From positions 1 to 64,000 of the IMG/VR virus record IMGVR_UViG_2841531823_000001: a stretch of DNA of 64,000 bases; one strand, written 5' to 3'. This DNA comes from a virus (taxonomy: Duplodnaviria; Caudoviricetes). Each line of letters begins with the position of its first letter. The first letter of the stretch is position 1. A program made the position numbers and the translations under genes. The notes beneath the pieces are model-generated. The model did no database searches. It had not been told where the DNA came from and saw only the letters and a program-made list of their open reading frames with translations. Positions 8,901 through 20,900 of this stretch are shown here, piece by piece.

Positions 8901-11900
8901 GCTTGAACCGCGCGAGGTATCGGGCTTCGGACTCGGTAAGCGCATCGAACCCGTAGCCCGTGGCGCGAATGAAGTCGGGTTCAATGTCGCCATGCTTGTC
9001 ACGGAGGGCCTGAAGCGTTTCGGGGGACAGTGCCAGTTTGGCGCTATACTGCTTGCCGGTCAAGGCCACAGTGCTGACCACGCGCCCGCCACCGGCCTCG
9101 ATGTGCCCCGCCAGCGAGGCGAAGGTGCCGCCTTGGGTGAGCGTATCGTCCACGACAAGGTAGTCTTGGCCGGCCGACACAGGTCCATCGAACTCAGGAG
9201 CGGCAAAGATCCGGTCCAGCCCCGGGAGCGCGGTGCGCCGCGGGGCGTTGGCCTGAACGATCTCGGCCGCGATATTCAAGCCGAGGCGACTCGCCAGGAC
9301 CCCTGCCGCCGCCAGCGGGATCTTGTTGCGGCCGGCGGCTTCCTCAGAGACGACCGGCACAACGAGGGGCTGGTGGGGGCCGAGTGCTTCCCGCACCCGC
9401 TTTACCAGATCGTCTGTCACCAGGTCGCGCGCAACCCGCACCGCCGCTGCAACATCTCCGGCCTTGGCTGCGGCATAGTCGGGATGGGTGGTGGCGCTGG
9501 CCAGGTCTCCTGCGATGATCGCGGGCCCCAGGCGAAGGGGCGCGCGCATGTCCGCTTCTGCTTCGCGAGACTGCCAGCGTCCATCGGGGCCGCGCGGCTG
9601 CGGGCCGCGCCCGCCTATCTCACCCGCTGCGATCCGCTCCATGGTCAGAGCCGCGCTCTGGAAGCCACGCCCGCGCAGCGCGTTGGCCAGAGCCAGGAAC
9701 AGCGCCTTCACCTTCTGGAAGGCCGCGGCAAGCGCCCCCATGTCGCGCCGGCCCTGCGCCCACTCGCGGTAGAGTTCGGCCACCATCTCCTCGGACCGGC
9801 CCGCGGTGTTCAGATCGGGATAGGCTTCTTCGACGCGCGCCACGATGTCGGCGTCCTTCCGCGCCGCGCGCACCAGCCCCACCCATTCGTCCCGCGTGAA
9901 CAGGCCGTATTCCGCCCCTCCGGCGTTCCCCGGGTCGCGGAGCGCGTGCAGGATCTCGTGATCCAGCGTGCCGCGCCAGTCGCCAGCCCCCACGCGCAGG
10001 CCGATGAAGCCGTTGCGGTAGTGCCCGAAGACGCCGGTGGAGCGCAGCCCGCGCACCGCCGCGGCCGTCACCCGGCGGGAGATGCCGATCTTCCGAAGCT
10101 CGGCCGCGGCCTCGGCCTCGACGCGGTTCAGATCATCGTCCGTGATCTCGCGCGGGTCGACGGGCTCGGCGCCGAAGCGGGAGTCCAGCCCCTCGTCCGG
10201 CGGCAGCAGGTCGTCCACCACCTCCGTTTCCGGCATGTCCGCGAGACGCGAGGCATCGCTCGCGGAAGCAAGCTCGGCGATCACCTCCTTGAGCCGCGTC
10301 TGCTTCTGCTCGTACTCCTCGGCCTTCGCCCAGGGCTTTGCCAGTTCGGCCTCAAGCTCCGGCTTTTCGCGCTGCGCCTTCTCCTTGCCCGCCTCGATGT
10401 TGGCGATGCGGCGGCGAAGGACGGACGGGCGGAAGTGTTCGAGAAGACGGTCAAGCCCCGTCCAGATTGGACCGCGGAGCGCGCCGACCGTGCCCCACAC
10501 CTGCGAGAACTGCACAACCTGCTTCTCATGCACCATGTTCAGGTCGATGGCGGCGCGGACCCCGAGATCCCCGGGCGATGTAACGATGTCGATCTCCATC
10601 GGCAGGCCCTTGAACGCCACGCCATCGATGAAGGCGCTGTCGGCGCCGTTGGCGGTCTGCCGGCGCACCTCGGACTCCAACAGTTCATCCAGCTTGCGCA
10701 CCGCATCTCTGATGTCGATGATCCGCTCGCCGCCGATCTCCATCTCAAAGTCTTCGGTGCCGAACTTGCGCCGGATCTCCTTCTCCAAGGCATCCACGCT
10801 CGTGACCGGCAGGCCCTCAATGTCCAGCTTGAACCGGGCTTTCTCCTTGTCGCCGCGCTGCTCCGCGATCTGCTCGAGACCGAAGTCATAGGCCGCTTGC
10901 GCGCTGTCGAAGGTCTTGCCCTCGATCGTGATGCTGCGCTGCGCCTCGCGCTCCTGCACGCCCGCGAACGCCTCCTCGACCACCGGCAGGTAGCCGCGGA
11001 CAAGCGCGGCATCCGCATCCGCATTCTCGAGCGTGCGGTCGACCTGGCGCAGCTGGGCGCGCAGCCCGTTCACCCGGTTGTTGAAGGAACGGCTCTGCAC
11101 ATCGAGCTTGTTCAGGTCGCCCTGCAGCGTCACCCGCTCCACCATCGGCGGGTTGCCGGTCGCAAGCGCGGCCATCTCCGCCATGTTCGCGGACTCCTCG
11201 TCCTCGAACTCCATGTTGAAGGAGCCGTCGTACTTGCGGATGCCGTTGATCGCCTTCAGCTTGGTCGCGTTCAGCGCCCACATCTTCGCGTCCACGGTCA
11301 TTTCCGTGGCGTAGGCCAGAACCTCGACCTCGAAACCGTCGTGCCCGTATTTCTCGAGGAGCTTGTTGCCCTGCCGCACGATGCGGCCCTCGCGCTGCTC
11401 GATGTCCGAGGGCTTCCACGTCACGTCGACATGGTGCAGCGCCACAAGCCGATCCTGAATGTTGGTCCCAGCGCCCATGCGCGGCGTCGATCCCAGGATC
11501 ACCCGCACGCTCCCGTCACGGACCTGCTTGAACAGGGCTTTCTTGGCCTTGTCGTCCTCGGCCTCCTGAACGAACCGGATCTCGGACTCGGGGATTCCGC
11601 GCTTCGCCAGAAGGCGCTTGATCTCGTCGTAAGCGTTCCAGCCACCCATGACGGCGTTGCGGCGGGCTTCCACGTCCTGCACGTCGAACTTGTCGAGTTC
11701 CTCGACGGCCTTCGCTTCACCGGCTTCGTCGCCCTCTGCCCGCGCCTTCTCGAGCTTCGCCACCCACTCGTCGTATTTGGCGACGAACGCCTCATCGCCC
11801 TTGGCCTTCGGCACGGACCGATCGAGGAAGATCACCTGAGTCCCGCGGTCTTCGGCCTTGTCGCGCCAGATCCGCGCGACGTTATCCACCACGGCCCCGA

Positions 11901-14900
11901 TCTTGCCGCTACCCTCCTCGACGCTGATGCTGGGATCGACGGCGCGGGCGTCCAGCGAGACCTTGCGCGCCCGGTCCATCAGCTTCAGCCGCTCGATGTT
12001 CCGCTCCTTCGGGTTGCGGATGCCGGGCAGGCTGTCGAAGCCGGACACGATGTCCTTCAGGATCGCCCGCTGGGCGGCGTCCGGTTTCACCGCGACCATC
12101 TCCCGATCGCCCTTGCCGGCCTTCTGGGACTTCACCGGCGGCACCGGGAACGGCGCCCCGTCGTTGTCCTCGGCAAAGGCCTTCTTGATGTCATCGAGAG
12201 GAACCGCGTCCGCCACCGAGTAGTAGAGGTCCATCAGGGACCGCATGTTCATCCACTCGCGCCCGAGGCGCGTCACCTCCTTCACGCTGCCGCTTTCGGT
12301 CGGCTCGTAGGCGGAGGCATAGGAGACGAACATCGCGCGCCAGGCGTCGAAGTTGTCGATTCCCATCTCGATCAACTCGTTCGGCGCGAGGTTGCGCAGG
12401 ACCAGATACATCTCGGCGACGGAGTTGCTGATCGGCGTGCCGGTCAGGAAGGCAATCGAGGTGCCTTGCCGGTCGTGCAGGGACCGGGATTTCAGGTGCA
12501 AGTCGATGGCCTTGGCCGAGCCGGTCTTGTTGCCCATCCCCGAGACGCCTTGCAGGCGAGAGGAATAGGACAGGTTCTTGAACTCGTGCGCCTCGTCCAC
12601 CGTCAGGTCGTCAATGCCCATCTCCTCGAAGGAGATCAGCTTGTCGCGGTTCCGCGCCCGGATCTTCGCAAGCCGTTCCTCGAGCTTCGTCACCAGGCGC
12701 TCGGCCTCGGCCACACCGAACGGCTTGCGCTTGCCGAAGGTGACAAAGCCGGCTTCTTCGGCGGCTTCCTCGGCCTCCGCGACCGCATCGCGCGCCGCCT
12801 TCAGTTCAGCCTCGACGTAACGCTCCTCGGTCGACGGATCGAGGTTGATGAAGCCGAAGGAGGAATGGCCGATGATGACGGCATCGTAGTCACCGGCCGC
12901 GATGCGGGCAAACAGGCGGCGCCGGTTCTTCGCCTCGAAGTCGGTCTTGCTGGCCGCCAGCACATTGGCGCCCGGGTAGAGTTGCAGGAAGTCGGACTTC
13001 CATTGCTCGATCAGGTGGTTCGGAACCACGATCAGCGGCTTCCGGGAAAGCCCCATGCGCCGCCGCTCCATCACGCGCGCGATGGCGGTGAAGGTCTTGC
13101 CGGCGCCGACGACGTGATCGTAGAGCACCGTGCGGTCGGTGATCCCGCGCCAGATCGCGTTGAGCTGGTGGCGCCGCATCTTGATCGCGGGATTCTTGCC
13201 CGGAAGCTGAAGGTGGCTGCCGTCCCGCTGCCGGATCAGGCGCGTGTTGAACTTCTCGTTGAAGATGTCGACCAGCTGCTCGCGCCGATCATCGGACTGG
13301 AAAGCCCAATCGAGGAACTCGTTGAAGATTTCCGTGCCCTTGATCTGGCTTTCGGCCGTGGCCTCCTCATCGACGTGGGTTTTCCCCTCGGAATCCCTGT
13401 ACGTCACCTTGAGCGGCGCGCTGTTCAGAAGGCGCTCGACAATCTCGGCCGGGCTCAATGCCCGGTCCGATGTCGCCCATTGTGAAGCAGGATTGCCGTC
13501 CGTCTGCACACCGAACAGGTTGCTGACCGGCTGGAATACCACCGCAGAGCGGCTGTAGCCCAGGTGCTTCAGGAAGTCGGAATAGACCTGCGGCGGGATC
13601 CACGTCGATCCGAGGTTCGGCGTGATGTCGCCCGCCTCCCATCGCGGCGGCTGCACGGCTTCCAGCGCCTTGATGTTGGCTTCGAGCCCGGCGGCGATGG
13701 CCGCGTTCAGCTTCCGGCGCACGAGGCCCGACAGGTAGAGGTCGGCCGGCTCCCAGCGCCCGGTTTCCGGGTCGAAGAACGCCCGCGGGTTCTCGCCCGC
13801 ACTCAACGCCTTCTCCGCCCCGGCCTGATCCGTGCCGAGCAGCTGGGCGATGCGCTCGAGGTCAATCTCCCCGCGCTCGGACAGCGAGACGGCGACGGCC
13901 TCAGACGCATCCTTGGCCGCGGTGATCGGGGCGTGGGGCATTGTCACGCGGCGAGACATGATGGCCGCCTTCTGCGGCTTGCCATCGACAATCTCCTCGG
14001 CGCCGAGCGCAAGAGCGCCGTCCGGCATCGTCAGTAGCATCCGGGCGGTGCTGGCCTTGGTGAGCGGGCCGTGAGCCTTCACGAACGTATCGTAGGCGGC
14101 GTTCAGTTTCTCCCGGTTCCGCTCGATCTGCTTCTCGGTGCCATCCTGCACTTCCAGCACGAACTGGCGCTTCATCAGGTCGCGGATCGGCAGCGCATCC
14201 CGCAGCATGGCGATGCGGTTCTTGCCCCAGCGGCTCGCCGCCGGAACATCGGCTTGATCGACCGTGCGGATGATCTTCTGGTTGCGCGTCGAAAGGGTGC
14301 CGTCAGCCTTGCGGACCTTGACCGGCTTGCCCTTCTCGTCCAGCACATCCTCCTGGATCTGCCACTTCCCGTCCCCGGCATAGGTGTAGTCCGGGCTGAA
14401 CGGGGTGTCGGCGGTCAACTCGATCTCGGTCAGGAGCGGGCGGCCGTCGCCCGTGTCCATCTCGACCACTGTCTTCAGCGTGTCGTTCTCGTCGACGCGC
14501 ACGCCGCCCGGCTCCGCGCCGGCAACCGCGAGGCGCATCGCCTCGGCCATGCGGGAGAAGCTGGCTGATGTACGCTCGGCCACCGCATCACGCGGGGCGC
14601 GCTCGCGGATGCCCGCGATGGCCTCTTTCAGTTTTGCCCCGAACTCTGCCGGGTTCTCCATCGTCACGTTCAGGTCGGCGCGGCCGTTCATCGTGCCGCT
14701 CGCGTCGATCTTCCCGATGACGGCGCGCGGGTTGCGCATGAAGTAGTCGTTGACGCTGATCTCCGCCCCGCTGCCGGCCGGGTCCGTGACCTTGCCGGAC
14801 AAGACCCAGCGCGCGAGGCTGTCGCGCAGGCTGGTGGCCTTCGACACGAGGGCAGGGTCGAGCTTGTCGTTTGCGAGAATGGCTGCGCCGTCGATCCCCA

Positions 14901-17900
14901 GGGACCGGGCGGCGAGATCCGCGGCCTCGGCCTGATCTTCAGTCCAGCGCCGGAAGAACAGGATGTCCGTGACCACCTCAGTCCGCGCGTTCTCCATGAA
15001 GGCGTTGCTCGGAAGCCGGATGGCGGCCTCGAGGTTGGCGAGCCGCGCCATGTCCACCCGGTTCTTCGGGTCCAGCGCATCCATGAGGTTGTGCGTGACC
15101 ACCATCGCCAGCAGGCCGTCAGGCGCCAGCGCCTTGAGCGAGGCGAGGAAGAACTGATTGTGGATCGTGCGGCCGTTCACGTCCGGCTGGTAGCGGAAGA
15201 ACAGGCGGTCGCGGCCGAAGGGCGGGTTGCCGATCGCAAGGGCAAAGCGGCCATCGGGCAGCGGCACCTTCTCGAAGCCGGAGTGCAGCACCTCATGCCC
15301 CGGGTAGAGCAGCTTGGCGATCCGCGCCGTGATGGAGTCGTACTCCACGGCGAGCACCTGGCTCTTGCCGCGCAGGGACTCGGGCATCAGGCCAAGGAAG
15401 TTGCCGGCGCCAACGGACGGCTCGAGGACCGCGCCGCCGGTGAAGCCGAGACGCTGCACGCCCTGCCAGACCGCATCGACCACCGTCCGGCTGGTGTAGT
15501 GGGCGGCTTTGGTGGAGTTGCGCGCGACCTTGATCTCGGACGGGTCCAGAAGCTCCTCGAGTTCGGAGACGCGCTTCTCCCATCCCTTGGCGATGCCCTC
15601 ACCATCGCCCGATCCGGCGACGCGGAAGGCGTTTTTCAGGCCGCCCCAGCCGACGTAGCGGGCGAGGATCGCCTGCTCGTCCGGCGTGGCCCGCCGGTTC
15701 TCGCCCTCGATCTGCTTTAGAAGGCGGATCGCCGCCACGTTGTCGGCATACTTCTGCCCCTCGGTGCCTTCGCCCAGGCGCAGCGCATCCGTGATGGTGA
15801 AGTTGACGGCCGGGATGTTGACCTTGCCGGCCTTGGCCTTCTCGGTTTCCGCGCCCTGCTCACCAACCTTGTCGGAATCGGCCGCGGTGTCCGAGACGCG
15901 GGCACGCTTGCGCCCGCCCTTCGGCTTCTTCTCCCCTACGGGTTTTCGGGTGGCAGCAGAATTTCCTCGGGGAGCACGAGTTCTTCCGCCTCGTGCTTCT
16001 GCATCCCCTTCTGCATCAGCGCGGCCACCTGCTCCGCTGCCCTCCGGCTCGCTCCCTGCGCCTCCGCGTTCAGCGACCCGTCCTTCTCCATCGCCCGGTA
16101 CATCGTCGGGAGATGCTCCTTCCAGTGCTTCAGCGCCATCCCGGCGTACTGCGTCCCCAGCATCTTCGGCCTCGCTTGTGGGTGCCTCATCCATGGTAGC
16201 ATCGGACTCGGTCTTTTTCGAGGCCGCCGCGCGCATCTTACGCACTTCGCGGATCACCTCCTCCGCGCTGTCCATGTCAGCCACGTCCTCGCCCGCCAGT
16301 TCCATGTCGTCGCGGATCTGGTTGTAGGCGTTGCGGGCGTAGGGCTGCGCCTGCTCGAGCGTGAGCCCCATCCTGTCGATCATGGTGTCGATCAGGGCGC
16401 GGAACCGCCGCGTGCCGCTCTTGACGTAGAGCGAGCCGATCTTGAACGCGACGGCGACCATCTGCGGGTCCAGGCCGCTGTTCACCTGGTTCTTGAGCAT
16501 CGCGAGGAACTCGGCCTCGAGCGCCGCGAGTTCGGCGTTCTCGGCCTCGGTCAGCCCTTTCAGCCCTTTCGGCTTGGAGGCGGCAGGCTGCGCAGCAGCT
16601 TTCGGCTTCTTCGGCGCCGGCTTCGGCTTCTCAGGGTCGGCCGCCACCGGCGCCGGGTTCTGTGCAGCCTCGCGCTTCTTCACCGGCTCGGTGGGCTTGG
16701 TCAGGTCGCCGGAGGCGAGCCAGTTCTTGAAGCCCTCAACGCTGGTCGCAGTGAAGCTGCCGATCCGCTGCCGGCCCTTGCCGTCCGAGAAACCGGCCTC
16801 GTAGATCCCCAGCGCGGCCGAGGTGGAGCCGGTTCCGAGGATGACCTTGTGCTCATCCCATTTCCCGGTTTCGGCATCCACCTGATTGACGATCAACACG
16901 AAATCGGAATCCGGCATGTCGCCCATATAGAAGTCGACATGATCGCCGTCCGCGCCCTCGGTGCGCAGAATCCGGCCGTAGTGCGCCGGCATCTTGACCG
17001 ACCATGCCGTTTTCCCGTCCGGCGTGGTCTTGCTACGGATCGAGCCCTTGGCGTTCTCGATCGAGAGCGTGAGGCCATTCCACGGCGCCTTGCCGGTCCG
17101 GTAGTTCTCGGCTTCCTTCTGGGCCTCGGTCGGGTTCGGATCCGTCTCGGCCGCGGCGGCGTCGATCTCCTCGCGGGTCGGGACGGCAGGCTTGCCGCCG
17201 CGCACCACGCCCACGCGGGCGAATGCCGCCTCCGCCTCAGCGATCCCTCCGTTCCCGAGGAAGGTTGCCCCGTGGAACGGGTTGTATTCGTCCCTGAACA
17301 CCGGGGCGATTTTGTCCAGATCGGCATCAGACAGCGAGCCGAGCCAGTCGGCATATTCGGCAACATCGGGGAAGATCCCCGTCCGCATGTCCTCGAGGCT
17401 GTTGTCGGGCTGGCCCATCACCCTCTTGAACAGGGCGAGCCCCCTGTTCTCGCGCCAGCTTTCCGCGGGGGCCTTAACGGACGTCTCGGCATAGCCAGCC
17501 AGCCACTCGGCCCCAAGATCCTCGCCGAACCAAGCAGGGGGCTTCCGAGGCTCGCCATCGCGGGCGGCCGCAGCGCCGGCTTCGCGAGCCTTGCGCTTCT
17601 TCTCCTCATGGCGGGCATCGGCGACCGGCACGGTTTCCGGCGCCGGGCTTTCCCCCGCCGCCGGCTGTTCTTGCTTCGGCTGGGCTACTTCCTCCCGCCC
17701 CTGCCGCCCTTCTTGCATCCCTTGGCCACTGGCCGTCTCCTTCTGCTGAGGTTGAGGTTGAGGTTGGGGGGTGTCGACCCTGGGCTCGACAGGGGGGGCG
17801 GCCTTGGCCTCGGCCAGTCCCATCGCCTGCTCCACGGCCGGCCGATGCTTGCGCGAGAAGATGAACCCGCGCTCGCGCTCATCCCATTTCAGCGACACGC

Positions 17901-20900
17901 CGGGCACGGCCGGGGGCGCATCCTTCGGCACGCCGCGCAGGACCGCGGCCTTGGAGCGGATGTCGGTGATCGAGGGGGCGGGGGCCTCAGCGGTCAAGGA
18001 TTCCTTGACAGGCGCCGGCGCTGCCTCCGCTTGGGAGAGGGAGGCGCGCTTCTCGGTCATGAATCTGTTGTACGCGCCCATGTAGACGCTATCAGCCGCG
18101 CGCGCGACCACGCGGCCGCCACGCTTCTCGATATATCGCCTTTCCGCCTCTTTGGCGTAGGCGTGGGCCTCCGGGTCTACTTCACCGGCAGGCATCGCGT
18201 CGCCCTCCGCTTGGGAGGGCGCCGGGAGGGTAGAGGGAGGAGCGGCGGGAGGAAGGGCCAGAGCCGGCTTCGGAGCCTCGATGGTCCCGGCATTGCGGAT
18301 CGTGCCTGCACGGTAGAGCCGGCCGTAGGCGTCGGTCAGCGCGCGGCGGCCGTTTTCGGACATGCCACCCCAAGTCATCGCCTTGCGGTGCTCGCGCTCG
18401 GCCGCTGGTCCGGCTTCGCGCAGGATCGCCTTGCGGGTGTCGGCATCGGCTGCATCCCACCACGGCGCGGTCCGCGGCACCGGGGGCGGCTGAAGGTCGA
18501 CCCCCACGGATGCGGCGGCATCCTTGCGGGCGCGGGCGTCTTCTTCGGGCGTGATGATCTCGCCCGTCAATGCCGGCGCAGGCTTGGTGCCTGCAGCTGC
18601 ACCATCCATATTGCCCGCAGGAGCATCGTCAGGCGCGATCCCGGCGGAAGCGGGTGAGGCTTCTTCAGGAACCGCTTGATCTTGCGCGCGTCCTTCTTCG
18701 ACAGTGCCCCGATCCTGCGCAGGAACTTCACCGACTCGTGCGCCGTCAGGCAGAACGGCAGCGCCGTCAGCCTCGGGTCCGACAGGTCCAGTTGCAGGTG
18801 CAGTTGCTGTTTCACCGGCGGCCTCCTCCTGAATCGTGCCCGCCTGATCGGCGGTCGGCACGGCCACGAAACCGCCGTCCTTCGGCTCGATCCGGTAGGC
18901 CGCCGGGTCGCGGCCCTGGTTCTCGACGGCGCGGCGGGCCTGCGCCTCGCTCTTGAAAGGGGTGCCGTCCTTCTTCGCGATGACGGCGGGCCGGATCTTC
19001 GACGCCTCCTGTGCCGCCGCATTGTCGGCCAGCATGTCGGCGTCGGCGACGGCCTTCAGTTGATCGTGGATGCCGCGCAGGCGGGCGTCCCAGCCGCGGG
19101 CGCGGGCTTGGTCCTCGATGATCGCGATCCGCTTCCGCGCCTCATCCGGCGTGAGGTCGGAGAAGTCCCCGGTGGCGCGGGCCGGCGGCTCGGCTAGGGC
19201 CGGCGCGGGCGGCATGGGCCCGGGCCCCTGCGGCTTTGGCTCCGGCGCAGCGGCGGCCGGCGGGTCTTCCGGCTTCGCCTTGCCGGTCTTGATGACCGGC
19301 TGCTCGCCCTCGCGGATCGTCGCCGGGCGCTCGAGCTCGGGACCGGGTTCGGTGGTTGGGGCCAAGCTGATGGAGACCTGCCCCGCGTCGAACTCCGAGC
19401 GCGGGATCTCGAGCACCTCGCCGTCGCTGGTCGTTACGGCGACGGCCATAGGCGATTGCGCAGTCAGGGTGCCGCCGATCGGGTTGCCATCCGGGGTCCA
19501 GACGCGAACGGCCGCGCCCGGCTGCACGCCGGGCAGGATCTCGCCGGGCGACAGGTTGGCCGCGGCGCGCATGGCCGGAGTGGGCGCGGGCGCTGGCGCG
19601 GCAGGCGCCGAGGGATTGGCCGGGGCGGGGGCCTGAGCGGCCATGCCGGCGTTGAGCGCGGTGCGGAGCGTGCCACCGGGCCGGAACTGCGCGGGCTGTT
19701 GCGTCGGGTCGCCCGCGCGATAGTCGCCGGGCTGGCGCTCGAATGCCGCGGGATCGCGGGTCGGGCCCGCGCCGAAGATGGTGCCGCCCGCCTCGGGCGC
19801 CGGGAGCGCGAGGGTCTGTTGCTCCGCCTCGGGGCGCGGAGGCTCCTCGACGTTCACCTCCGGCTCGTGCCGGCCCATCGCGCCAGCCACGCCGCCCACT
19901 GTGCCACCGACGATACCGGCGGCGACGCCGACCTCGAGATATTCGCGGCGGGCGTCCTCATCCCAGAGCGGCAGACCAGCTTGCGCCCGCTCGATCACGG
20001 ATTGACCGATCTCCGTCGGAACCTCGACCATCCCGCCCATTGCGGCGCCGCCGGCGGCCCGGCCGAGGATCTTCATCCCGGCCTTCTCGGCCACCTCACG
20101 CGGCACAGCGCGGGTGAAGATGCCGGTCAGGCCCTTCGCGGCAGGCTTGAGCGCGAGACCGCCAATCAGCATGTCACCGAAGGTATCAAGCGCCGCCTGC
20201 GGGGCGGAGGCAACGATAGCCTTGAGCTCGTCCACTCCCTCGGACGGATGCGCCTCCTTCTGGCGCTCCCGGTTCATGCCGTAGAAGAAGGGCAGGTTGG
20301 CGAGCGTGCCGCCGATCATGCCGCCCACGGCGCCGGCCGCGGTCCCGAGCCCAGGCAGTACCGCAGTGCCGATGGCCGCGCCGGTGGCTGCGGCGCCGAG
20401 CGAAACGCCCAGCTGCGGCACCTGTTGGGCCAGAGTCTCCCCAACGAACTTTGCCCCCGAGCCGACACCATCGACATCCTCGAGGCGCGTCATCCCTGCG
20501 CTTGCGTCCTCGATCTCCTGCCGGTTCCGGTCGGCCACTCCCGCGCCATATTCCGCCAGCCCATCGAGCCCGGTTGACCGGCCCACGCCCTCGATGGCCG
20601 AGCCAGTCGCCTGCTGAAGCTGGTCGATGCCCACGCCCACGGCGGCCCCGAGGCCGCCCTCCTTGGGCGGCTGCGCAGCCTTCAGCTTCGCCATCTGCTT
20701 CGGATACAGGGCCTCGCCGATCTCGCGCGCCCGGGTCATGAAGGCGTCAGCCTTGTCGCCCGCCGTCTCGCGGATCAGGGACTTGATGTCCTCTCCGGCC
20801 TGAATGCGCGGGCCGAGCTCGGCCGCGGCCTGCTCTGCGATGGCAAGCGCCTCGTCGGCCGTCTTCGCGCCGCCGGTCTCGGCCAGCGCAATGAGCACGT

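Noticed and set aside
6133-13485. 2450-aa plus-strand ORF antisense to the giant gene
   Set aside because: Codon-aligned antisense shadow typical of high-GC genes; no motifs or RBS
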